Source of the DNA: Bacteroidota bacterium | GTDB taxonomy: Bacteria > Bacteroidota > Bacteroidia > JADZBD01 | Length of the DNA: 64,000 bases | Reading direction: 5' to 3' | NCBI GenBank assembly: GCA_040756415.1 | Contig: JBFLYZ010000013.1 | Coordinates: 3,768-67,767 of the forward strand | Shown here: positions 54,224 to 62,405 of the stretch, piece by piece | How the letters are laid out: the number at the start of each line of letters is the position of its first letter | How positions within the stretch are numbered: the stretch's first letter is position 1 | The notes under the pieces: generated by a model | Database searches by the model: none | The model's input: the letters and a program-made list of their open reading frames with translations, nothing else | What the model was told of the DNA's origin: nothing | Program-made: the position numbers and the translations under genes

Positions 54224-54521
54224 AGAAGAACAGGCTTTCCAGGACGCGGGAAAGGCAGTAAAAGGGGCCGCGCTGAGCCAGATGTTCGGCAAGCCCTGCC
54301 TGAAGTTGAAAGGCAAGGCCTTTGCCTGCCTATTTGATAGCTGTATGGTATTCAAGCTTGGTGGCGACAGCCACCATGACGCTTTGGAGCTCAGCGGTTC
54401 CCGGCTGTTCGATCCTTCGGGAAAAAAGCGACCGATGAAGGAATGGGTGCAGGTCTCTTACCGGCACAGGGATAAATGGGCTGCCCTCGCCAAAAAGGCG
54501 GCTGCCTACATTAACGCATAA
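54210..54521 (+). CDS. TfoX N-terminal-domain-like protein
   Basis: 103 aa. QMFGKPCLKLKGKAFACLFDSCMVFKL...RPMKEWVQV resembles the TfoX_N pattern (MFGG..l...G.mf..v..d.L.lK...rpMk.yv.v). The assignment is from memory. It overlaps the upstream gene by 14 nt. Confidence 0.5.
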   Translation: MSMNKEEQAFQDAGKAVKGAALSQMFGKPCLKLKGKAFACLFDSCMVFKLGGDSHHDALELSGSRLFDPSGKKRPMKEWVQVSYRHRDKWAALAKKAAAYINA

Positions 54522-54570
54522 TATTTATTTCACATTTCATATTTCACATCTCATATCTCATATCTAACTC

Positions 54571-54990
54571 ATGTGGTGGATCTACGCTTTGCTCTCAGCC
54601 CTCTTCGCGGCACTTACCGCTATCTTCGCCAAGATCGGTATCAAGAACATTAACACCGACCTGGCCGTTGCCATACGAACGGTGGTCATTCTCTTCATGG
54701 CATGGGCCATCGTTTTCTTTCGCAATGGGTTAAGTCAGGCTGCATCCCTGACAAAAGCCAATATGCTGTTTCTCGCCCTTTCCGGCATCACCACCGGCCT
54801 TTCATGGCTGTTCTACTTCCGCGCCATTGATATAGGCAAGGTATCGCAGGTGGCACCGGTCGACAAGCTCAGCCTGGCCCTGACCGTTATCTTTTCGGTC
54901 ATTTTCCTGGGAGAGACCATCAGCTTTAAGACCGCTGTGGGAGCCACCTGTATCGTGGCCGGTACGCTCATCATGATCTGGGGCAACTGA
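54571..54990 (+). CDS. Single-EamA-domain DMT family transporter
   Basis: 139 aa with 5 predicted TM helices. WWIYALLSALFAALTAIFAKIG and VSQVAPVDKLSLALTVIFSVIFLGE are typical of short EamA proteins. Confidence 0.75.
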   Translation: MWWIYALLSALFAALTAIFAKIGIKNINTDLAVAIRTVVILFMAWAIVFFRNGLSQAASLTKANMLFLALSGITTGLSWLFYFRAIDIGKVSQVAPVDKLSLALTVIFSVIFLGETISFKTAVGATCIVAGTLIMIWGN

Positions 54991-55035
54991 CCCGCTCTTT
55001 TTGAGTATCTTCGCATTTCTTTTTCCGGGATCATC

Positions 55036-55788
55036 GTGAGGTACTTTGCAAAACTTTCGTACGTGGGTACGGCTTATAACGGCTGGCAGGTGCAGGAGAA
55101 CACACCGCGCACCGTTCAGCAGGTGCTGAACGAGAGCATATCCCGTCTGCTGAATGAAAAGATCGAATTCACCGGCTGCGGGCGCACGGATACGGGCGTT
55201 CATGCCGCGGAGTTTTACGCTCACTTTGATTCTCAAAAGGACCTGAGCGATCCCGAATCCGTATATAAGTTCAATTCGGTCGTTCCGCGCGACATAGCGG
55301 TGCAGGAGCTGCTCCGCGTGAAGGATGCCGCCCATGCCCGTTACGATGCGATCAGCCGCAGCTACCGCTACCAGATCATTCAGCAGCGTAATCCCTTCTT
55401 CAACGAAAGGGCAGCCTTTCTCTACGCCCCCCTGGATATCGATCGCATGAACGAAGCCGCAAAAGCGCTTTTTGACTATAGCGATTTCACCTCGTTCAGC
55501 AAGCTGCGCACGCAGGTGAAAACCAACCTGTGCAAAGTGATGAGAGCGGAGTGGAGCAGGGAAGGGGAGCTGCTGGTGTTCCGCATCACGGCCGATCGTT
55601 TCCTGCGCAATATGGTAAGGGCGATCGTAGGCACCCTGGTGCGGGTAGGGAAAAAGGAAATCAACGCTGACGATGTGCGCAGGATCATCGAAAGCAGGGA
55701 CAGGGGCAACGCGGGCGAATCCTTTCCCGCTCATGGTTTGTACCTGGAGAAAGTGGTCTATCCGGCAGAACTGTTTCTGAATGAGTGA
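55036..55788 (+). CDS. truA: tRNA pseudouridine(38-40) synthase
   Basis: 250 aa with a GTG start. It has YFAKLSYVGTAYNGWQVQ, the catalytic-Asp motif GCGRTDTGVHA and FLRNMVRAIVGT. Confidence 0.9.
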   Translation: MRYFAKLSYVGTAYNGWQVQENTPRTVQQVLNESISRLLNEKIEFTGCGRTDTGVHAAEFYAHFDSQKDLSDPESVYKFNSVVPRDIAVQELLRVKDAAHARYDAISRSYRYQIIQQRNPFFNERAAFLYAPLDIDRMNEAAKALFDYSDFTSFSKLRTQVKTNLCKVMRAEWSREGELLVFRITADRFLRNMVRAIVGTLVRVGKKEINADDVRRIIESRDRGNAGESFPAHGLYLEKVVYPAELFLNE

Positions 55789-57559
55789 AGGGCAGCGAAC
55801 ATCGGTAAGCGGCAAGGCTTTCGACCTGAAGCTGTTCGGGCGCGTGCTCGCCTACACGCAGCCGTACAGGGGCCGTTTTATCCTCTCTATTGTACAGACC
55901 TTCGCGCTATCCCTTTTTTCCATTGTGCGGCCTTTCATCATCATGTACGCGATCAATGATTGCATACGCACCAAGGACCTCAACATGCTGCTGATCTACA
56001 CCCTGATCATGATCGCCTCGCTGTTCATCGAATCCTTTCTGCAGTACCGCAATGCCTACCTTACCGGCTGGCTGGGGCAGACCATCATCAAGGATCTGCG
56101 GGTGCAGTTGTACAGGCATATCGTGAGCCTTCGCGCCAAATACTTTGACAATACGCCAATCGGCCAGCTCGTTACCCGTACCATTTCCGATATCGAAGCG
56201 ATTTCGGACATCTTCTCCCAGGGTTTCATCATCATCATGGGCGATATCCTTACGCTGATCGTATTTGTAGTAGCCATGTTCGCGGTGAACTGGAAGCTGG
56301 CCCTGGCCGTAATGGCCGTGGTGCCCCTGCTGCTGCTGTCGACCTACATCTTTAAGAACGCGGTGAAGGCCTCTTTCCAGGACGTGCGTACCCAGGTGGC
56401 CCGGCTGAACACCTTCGTGCAGGAGCATATCACCGGCATGAAGATCGTGCAGATTTTCAACCGCGAGGATGCCGAATACGAGCGTTTCCGCAGGATCAAT
56501 GCCGCCCACCGCGATGCCAACATACGGTCGGTGTTCAGCTATTCGGTATTCTTCCCGGTGGTGGAGATCTTGCTTTCGGCAGCGATCGGCCTGGTGATCA
56601 GGGTGGCCGGCAGGGAGCTGTATAACCTGGAGGTGCAGGCGGGCGAGGTCACCTTCTTCCTTTTGTTGTCCAATATGTTCTTCCGCCCCATCCGCATGCT
56701 GGCCGACCGTATCAACGTGCTGCAGATGGGCATGGTGGCCAGCGAGCGCGTGTTCCGCGTGCTCGATACCCGCGAGCAGATCGAAGACAAGGGTACCGTG
56801 GCGGGTAACATGGAGGGAAATGTGTTGTTCAGCAAGGTCTGGTTCGCGTATAACGATGAGAATTACGTGCTCAGGGATATCTCTTTCCGGGTGAATAAGA
56901 ATGAAACGATCGCGCTCGTGGGTTCTACCGGTTCGGGCAAAACATCGGTCATCAACCTGCTCAATCGCTTTTATGAGTACAATAAGGGAGAGATCAGCAT
57001 TGATGGGATCAATATTCGCGATTACCGCATCGACTGGCTGAGGCGGCACATCGCGGTAGTGCTGCAGGACGTGTTCCTCTTTTCAGATACCATCGCCAAT
57101 AATGTGTCGCTCTGTAATCCGGATATCACGCGCGAGCAGATCATTGCCGCCTCCAAAGCGGTGGGCGCGCATGATTTTATCATGAATCTTCCCGGCAATT
57201 ATGATTACAACGTGATGGAGCGTGGCGCCATGCTGTCGGTTGGCCAGCGGCAGCTCATCGCTTTCATCCGCGCGTATGTATATAACCCGCGTATACTGGT
57301 ACTGGACGAAGCTACCTCCTCGATCGATACGGAAGCCGAGCTGCTGATACAGGAAGCCACCCGCAAGCTCACGGAGAACAGGACATCCATCGTGATCGCC
57401 CACCGCCTGGCCACCGTACAGCGGGCCGACCGCATCATCGTGATGGACCACGGCCGTATCGTGGAGCAGGGCTCGCACCAGGAGCTGCTGAAGCTGAACG
57501 GGCAGTACAGGAAATTGTTCGAGCTGCAGTTCAAAGGCGAGCGTACAGACGCTCTTTGA
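55781..57559 (+). CDS. ABC transporter, fused permease/ATPase (MsbA/ABCB-type exporter)
   Basis: 592 aa. It has a six-TM exporter domain, Walker A GSTGSGKTS, signature LSVGQRQL, Walker B ILVLDEATSSID and H-loop VIAHRL. It overlaps the truA stop by 8 nt. Confidence 0.9.
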   Translation: MSEGQRTSVSGKAFDLKLFGRVLAYTQPYRGRFILSIVQTFALSLFSIVRPFIIMYAINDCIRTKDLNMLLIYTLIMIASLFIESFLQYRNAYLTGWLGQTIIKDLRVQLYRHIVSLRAKYFDNTPIGQLVTRTISDIEAISDIFSQGFIIIMGDILTLIVFVVAMFAVNWKLALAVMAVVPLLLLSTYIFKNAVKASFQDVRTQVARLNTFVQEHITGMKIVQIFNREDAEYERFRRINAAHRDANIRSVFSYSVFFPVVEILLSAAIGLVIRVAGRELYNLEVQAGEVTFFLLLSNMFFRPIRMLADRINVLQMGMVASERVFRVLDTREQIEDKGTVAGNMEGNVLFSKVWFAYNDENYVLRDISFRVNKNETIALVGSTGSGKTSVINLLNRFYEYNKGEISIDGINIRDYRIDWLRRHIAVVLQDVFLFSDTIANNVSLCNPDITREQIIAASKAVGAHDFIMNLPGNYDYNVMERGAMLSVGQRQLIAFIRAYVYNPRILVLDEATSSIDTEAELLIQEATRKLTENRTSIVIAHRLATVQRADRIIVMDHGRIVEQGSHQELLKLNGQYRKLFELQFKGERTDAL

Positions 57560-59066
57560 GCCGGGCGTAGTCGATCTTGGAGTTGTGCCGCGGGTCGCGG
57601 GGTATCCTGTCCAGGAAAACGATCTCTTCTATGTCTGGGGCTTGCGCTTTGATCGCTTTCCCGATCTGTTTCCGCGAGAAGGCTTTCCCGATCTGCACAA
57701 TGGCGCACAGCTTGCCGCGGCAGTCGAGCAGGGTGCCGAGCTCAACTCCTTCGATCGTTTGAAAGTAGTTTTCGTAAACAAAAGGGGAGATGAGCGTTCC
57801 GTTCTTGTTTATCAGCATGCTGCACCGCCCCGTGAGGAAGAGCGTTCCGTCCTGGTCCAGGTAACCGCTGTCACCTGTGCGGTGCCAGCATGAATCACCG
57901 ATGAAGATCTTATTCCTTTTCAAAGCTTCCTCGTTATTGAAGTACTCCCTCAGCACATGATCACCGCTTACGATGATCTCCCCGATATGCCCGGGAGCAA
58001 GGCTGAGCCTTTCGAGTTCCCCGGCCGAGGCAACGGAAATATCCAGCCCGCTTATCCCGATGATCCTTACCCGCGCGCTGGGGTCGGGCTTGCCCGCTTT
58101 CAATCCGCGCTTCAGCGCTGCCGTTCTCTCCAGGATAAGTTCCTGCGCGCTGATAGAGCTGATGGGTTCGGCCTCGGTTGAGCCGTACACGACCTCTACG
58201 TGCGCGGAAGGGAAGGCCCGCACATAGAGCTCGGCTTCGGCAGGAAAAACGGGCGCTCCCCCTGTGAATATCTTTGCTACCCCGGGCAGTTTTTTGCCGT
58301 TGCGTATCATTGTTCGGGAAAGCTCCCTGACGAAGTATGGCGAAGCGATGATCCGCGAGACCCCGTACTGCTCGATCTGGCCGATGATCCGTTCCGGCCG
58401 GAGCGATTCAGGCCTGGAAGCCTTGAAATCGGCAATTACGGAGGTAATGCCGCTGCCCAGGTTGAGCAGCAGCACGATGGGCAGTACCGGCATGTCGATC
58501 TCCTGCTGATCAGCGCCCGTTTTCCGGATAAGGGCCCTGAACTGGGCATGCAGGAACCCGTGCGTGCGCTTGGCCGCCTTGGGAGTGCCTGTGCTGCCGG
58601 TGGTGAACGTGATCAGCGCAGTATCGTCAGCCGATGTTTCAGGAAAGCGGCCGAAGGGCAGGGGTGTGTACGCGGTGCTTAATTTCAGGGGGATCTTTCT
58701 CAGCTCGGACGAGAACCAGGAAAGCAGCCTTGCCTTGAAAATACCGATGAAGGCTTTGCACTGCGCCACTTTGCAGCATTCCTCCATTCTTTTTTTTCCG
58801 ACCCACTCGTCAAGGAATACGGCCGTAGCCCCTATGCGGAAGAGGGCCAGCACGATGCGGTACAGGTCGGGGCTCATGGGAACGAAGATGAGCACCCGGT
58901 CGCCTTTGGCGATCCCCCTTTTCAGAAAATAAGCCGCTGTGCCGCTTACCTGCGCTTCCAGCTCGGCAAACGTGGTCTTCCGGTCCTTGCAGATAAGAGC
59001 TGTTTTACCCGGGCGCTTCCGGGCGGATTCATAGAAAAGATCAACGATGTTGAAGGGCTCAGCCAT
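57531..59066 (-). CDS. Adenylate-forming enzyme (acyl-CoA/acyl-AMP ligase family)
   Basis: 511 aa. It has the AMP-binding motif FTTGSTGTPKAA and later YGSTEAEP and TGDSGYLDQDG motifs. It is the last gene of a six-gene overlapped operon. Confidence 0.85.
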   Translation of the reverse strand: MAEPFNIVDLFYESARKRPGKTALICKDRKTTFAELEAQVSGTAAYFLKRGIAKGDRVLIFVPMSPDLYRIVLALFRIGATAVFLDEWVGKKRMEECCKVAQCKAFIGIFKARLLSWFSSELRKIPLKLSTAYTPLPFGRFPETSADDTALITFTTGSTGTPKAAKRTHGFLHAQFRALIRKTGADQQEIDMPVLPIVLLLNLGSGITSVIADFKASRPESLRPERIIGQIEQYGVSRIIASPYFVRELSRTMIRNGKKLPGVAKIFTGGAPVFPAEAELYVRAFPSAHVEVVYGSTEAEPISSISAQELILERTAALKRGLKAGKPDPSARVRIIGISGLDISVASAGELERLSLAPGHIGEIIVSGDHVLREYFNNEEALKRNKIFIGDSCWHRTGDSGYLDQDGTLFLTGRCSMLINKNGTLISPFVYENYFQTIEGVELGTLLDCRGKLCAIVQIGKAFSRKQIGKAIKAQAPDIEEIVFLDRIPRDPRHNSKIDYARLKERLYARL

Positions 59067-59658
59067 GGTATTCGCTCTCGGTAATGCGCTTGATGTTCTT
59101 CATGTTCTCCTCGAATATATCCTTGATCTTGTAGGCAGCGATATAGGTCTTCACGCTTTCGAAAAAGGAAGGCTTCTTATCCTTGTAGAACACGGTGAAG
59201 GTGATCCTGCAGCGGGCGCTGTCCAGCTTTTCATAGATCTGCTCGGTGGCCAGGTTCTCGGCTGTGAGCGAGAATCCCTGCATATTGTAAATGGTAAGCT
59301 GCCTTTTCTTGTACGGGACCACTTCAGTGATCAGCTCATCCCAGCGGGTGCCGCTTTCATCGGCATTGCAGAAACATCGCCTCCTGCTGCCGGGCGTGCC
59401 ATCGGTAAAGCTGTCGGGGTTCAGCGTGCTGATATGGTCGACATATACCGACCAGCGCGAAACGTTATCTGAATTACCCAGAAAGCGGTATACCTGTTCT
59501 ACGGGCGCATCGATCTCAACGGAATGCCGTATAAGCTTATACTCGAAACCCTTGTGATTTCCGTAGGGGCTGCCTACTACGGTTATAAAAGCAATAAAGG
59601 CCAGCAGGGTGAGCGTAATGGCCGCCCACTTTCTGAATTTATTCGATCTTTTTTCCAT
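59059..59658 (-). CDS. Membrane-anchored SRPBCC superfamily protein
   Basis: 199 aa. It has an N-terminal anchor helix WAAITLTLLAFIAFITVV, then IDAPVEQVYRFLGNSDNVSRWS typical of SRPBCC ligand-binding domains. There is an 8-nt overlap with the downstream gene. Confidence 0.6.
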   Translation of the reverse strand: MEKRSNKFRKWAAITLTLLAFIAFITVVGSPYGNHKGFEYKLIRHSVEIDAPVEQVYRFLGNSDNVSRWSVYVDHISTLNPDSFTDGTPGSRRRCFCNADESGTRWDELITEVVPYKKRQLTIYNMQGFSLTAENLATEQIYEKLDSARCRITFTVFYKDKKPSFFESVKTYIAAYKIKDIFEENMKNIKRITESEYHG

Positions 59659-60649
59659 AAAGCATGTAATTTTTAAATACAGTTCCTGAAAAAGCCGCTG
59701 AAGTTGGAGTGGATGTGCCTTCCTCGATCATAAAAGCGTGTATGACCGAGCTGTATCCCTCCTGAACAGCCGCTCTGTAAATGCTGTTACCCATGACCTG
59801 TCCCAGCCCTTTCCATTTCCTGTCGGGGTTACGGGCAATGGTCTTGACCACGAGCTGCTTTTCCTTCGTGTTGAAAAAATTGTGAAGGCAAAAGAAGTAA
59901 CCGATCAGATTTCCGTTGTTGTCTTCCGCCAGCAGGACAAAACGGGGGTCAATGATCTTCTTTGTTTCCGCGTATTTCCTGATAAAGGTCTCCCTGCTCA
60001 CAGGAGTATAGAGGAAGTTATCCCTGAAGGCCAGCAGGCTGAAATCGAAGAGCCGGCTCAGCTCTTTTTCGTATTCACGGAGATCAATGGCCCTCAGCCT
60101 TACGCCTGCTGCGCTGAGCTCGCGCTCGCGTTCCATAACTTCGGGCCGGTCAAACCTCATGATGGCATCTATGCTGGAGAAATACCGGGCTATGCCGGTA
60201 AACCCGGCCTGTTTGAAGTGGTCGTTGTAATAGAGGTGATGATAGGGCTCTGGGAAAAACCCCGGGCTGTCGTGATGCAGGCTGAAACGGTAATGGTTCC
60301 AGGTGCTGCCGTTCATAGGCCCCAGGATGTATTCTGCACCGAGTTTTTTCGCTTCTTCGCAGCAATGGCGAAGCAGCCGCTGCGCCAGCTCCGGCTCATC
60401 GGCCGATTCGTAATTGCCCAGGCAGAGGCATTTTTGCCCTGCGAACTGCAGATGGGGGTTAGAATAGAGCGCGGCCCTTGCTTTTGCCCTTCCGTTCGCC
60501 CGCAGGACATAGGCGGCCATCAGGTAATCGGTATTGAGGTCTTCGGGCAGGGCGAAGCGCAGGCTGCCCGAAGGATAAAGGGCGGCCGGGAGCTCACTGA
60601 ACAGCTCAAAATCCTTGTCGGCAGCTTGCAGGCGGATGATCTCGCTCAT
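59639..60649 (-). CDS. GNAT-like acyltransferase (large, two-lobed)
   Basis: 336 aa. The C-terminal lobe has an acyl-CoA-binding-type R-x-x-G-x-G element (NPDRKWKGLGQVMGNSIY). The family call is tentative. Confidence 0.55.
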   Translation of the reverse strand: MSEIIRLQAADKDFELFSELPAALYPSGSLRFALPEDLNTDYLMAAYVLRANGRAKARAALYSNPHLQFAGQKCLCLGNYESADEPELAQRLLRHCCEEAKKLGAEYILGPMNGSTWNHYRFSLHHDSPGFFPEPYHHLYYNDHFKQAGFTGIARYFSSIDAIMRFDRPEVMERERELSAAGVRLRAIDLREYEKELSRLFDFSLLAFRDNFLYTPVSRETFIRKYAETKKIIDPRFVLLAEDNNGNLIGYFFCLHNFFNTKEKQLVVKTIARNPDRKWKGLGQVMGNSIYRAAVQEGYSSVIHAFMIEEGTSTPTSAAFSGTVFKNYMLYGKKIE

Positions 60650-61317
60650 AAGAATAGTGTTAGTATGAGTATCACGCTTGCCGGGATGGTGATGTTATCG
60701 AGGCCCTTTCCGCTGACCGCTTCGGTTACCGATGAGAAAAGCGCTGTAAGCGCAGCCAGCCTCCAGATAGCCATCCAGTCCGGTTCGGTGACGGAAAGGA
60801 AGAAGAGCAGTGGCACCGTAAGCAGGAGAGAAGAAACAAAAAAAGCGCTCACGCCAACGAGTGTCTTGCTGTCCTTACCGATCCTGAAGCGGCCGTAAGG
60901 GAAGCGTTTGCCGAACAGGGCGGCCATGGGATCACATATGGCCAGGGTGAGTATGGGCAGGTAAAAGTAGACCAGCTCGCGGTGGTTATGCTCGAATACG
61001 AGAAAACAGCCGTACACCGCCACGGGGTAGGAGATGCTTCCGTGCGACCTGCGGTCAATGGCATTAATGGACCGGAGCAGGTCAAAGCGCAGGCTGGCCA
61101 TCAGGATGAGCGCGAAACTGGCGCAGAGGAAAAGCACGTGCCAGTGGCTGCTCAGCAGCAAGGGGAAAAGCAGCGTTAGCAGGCCTGTGCCGGAATGCAC
61201 CAGCTTCCGGGTGAGCTCGGCCTTTACGCCCAGTTTGTGGTAGAGCAGCTCGGCAACGCCAAAGAGCAGGAGAAAAGCCGTAGCCAGCAAGGCCGTATGG
61301 ATGATGTCCGTGTTCAT
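60646..61317 (-). CDS. CTP-dependent polyprenol/phytol/DAG kinase family membrane protein (CTP_transf_1-like)
   Basis: 223 aa with about 6 TM helices. TRKLVHSGTG and CDPMAALFGKRFPYG...KTLVGVSAFF resemble the dolichol/phytol kinase signatures. Confidence 0.6.
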   Translation of the reverse strand: MNTDIIHTALLATAFLLLFGVAELLYHKLGVKAELTRKLVHSGTGLLTLLFPLLLSSHWHVLFLCASFALILMASLRFDLLRSINAIDRRSHGSISYPVAVYGCFLVFEHNHRELVYFYLPILTLAICDPMAALFGKRFPYGRFRIGKDSKTLVGVSAFFVSSLLLTVPLLFFLSVTEPDWMAIWRLAALTALFSSVTEAVSGKGLDNITIPASVILILTLFL

Positions 61318-62405
61318 TTTTTTCTGTCGATGATGAACTGGTCGTAGAAAAATCCCTTGTCGATTTCGCTCAGCGAGGCGGAGAGCGACTGCAGGTATTC
61401 CGCTTTTTCGGGAACCAGGGCCGAAATCCTGCGCGGCACCATCAGGTTCCAGTAGGCCAGCCTGCCCCCGGCAACGCTTCCGTTCAAAAGCTCTTCTGCC
61501 GTGTTACGGAACAGGTCACGGCTCATGTATTCGAAGATGTTGGAGAGGTTCATGCCGTGGAAAGGCCCGTATTTGCGTACGGCATCCTCGGCATAGCCTT
61601 CCAGTATATGCAGTCGCCCGATACGGCTGCGTATGGCCTCGAAATTCTCTCCTCGTACATAATGCGGCAGCAGCCCACCGAAATCCCCGGTGAGGTTGAA
61701 GCGCAGGATGAAGTTATGCTGGGCCCTGACGCTGCAGAGCTGTTTTTCGGCCTTTCGGTAAATGAAATCAGCTACGGAAAAGTTCACCTCTTTAAGAAAC
61801 TCCGGATCGCGGCCGTATTTCCCCATCACGTAGCGGCTGAAGAATATGCGGAACAGCAGTTTCCACTGCCAGGAGTTCCAGGTGCTGCGGTAAAATTCGT
61901 TCTGGCCGGCTTCGGTCTTTTCGCTGAAAAGCAGCCTGACCGTGCTGCCCGAATGTATCCAGGGCAATATCTTCCGGCTGAAGGTCTGAAAATACCGCTC
62001 GAACTTTCCGGCAAAGATCACCCCCTGGCGCACCTGGATAAGGTTCTTATCCCAATACGACCTGGAGGCCGGGCTTAATCCGGTTTTGATCCGGTGGTAG
62101 AGCTCTTCCCTTTTGGCGCTCGCGCTGAAGCCCAGGAAGGCCAGCAGCTCTTCATAGCTCAGCTCCATAAATGCCGCTTTTTTCAATTCGACCAGGTAAA
62201 GCTGTGTTTTGTTCACGTCAACGGCCACCACCAGGTCCGGATTGCGCGCCAGCAGGGAAAAGCTGTTGTCGCCTGCCGAGCCTACGGATAGTATGCTGCT
62301 GCCCGGCCCGGGCGATAATCCTTCCAGCAGGATATCCGCATCCTCCCAGCAATTGGCGTAGCGGATGATGCCGAAGTCGACACGCTGCGTGAGATCTTTA
62401 GCCAT
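61314..62405 (-). CDS. DUF3419 / BtaA-like SAM-dependent 3-amino-3-carboxypropyl-transferase family protein
   Basis: 363 aa. IRYANCWEDADILLEGL...SILSVGSAGDNSFSLLARNPDLVVAVDVNKTQLYLVELKKAAF matches the conserved N-terminal region of DUF3419/BtaA proteins. Confidence 0.8.
   Translation of the reverse strand: MAKDLTQRVDFGIIRYANCWEDADILLEGLSPGPGSSILSVGSAGDNSFSLLARNPDLVVAVDVNKTQLYLVELKKAAFMELSYEELLAFLGFSASAKREELYHRIKTGLSPASRSYWDKNLIQVRQGVIFAGKFERYFQTFSRKILPWIHSGSTVRLLFSEKTEAGQNEFYRSTWNSWQWKLLFRIFFSRYVMGKYGRDPEFLKEVNFSVADFIYRKAEKQLCSVRAQHNFILRFNLTGDFGGLLPHYVRGENFEAIRSRIGRLHILEGYAEDAVRKYGPFHGMNLSNIFEYMSRDLFRNTAEELLNGSVAGGRLAYWNLMVPRRISALVPEKAEYLQSLSASLSEIDKGFFYDQFIIDRKK

Noticed and set aside
54527-54563. 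Short direct repeats lie upstream of the EamA gene (ATTTCACAT twice, CTCATAT in tandem).
   Set aside because: These are very short units in an AT-rich promoter spacer and are compatible with chance or low-complexity sequence. No associated function can be supported.
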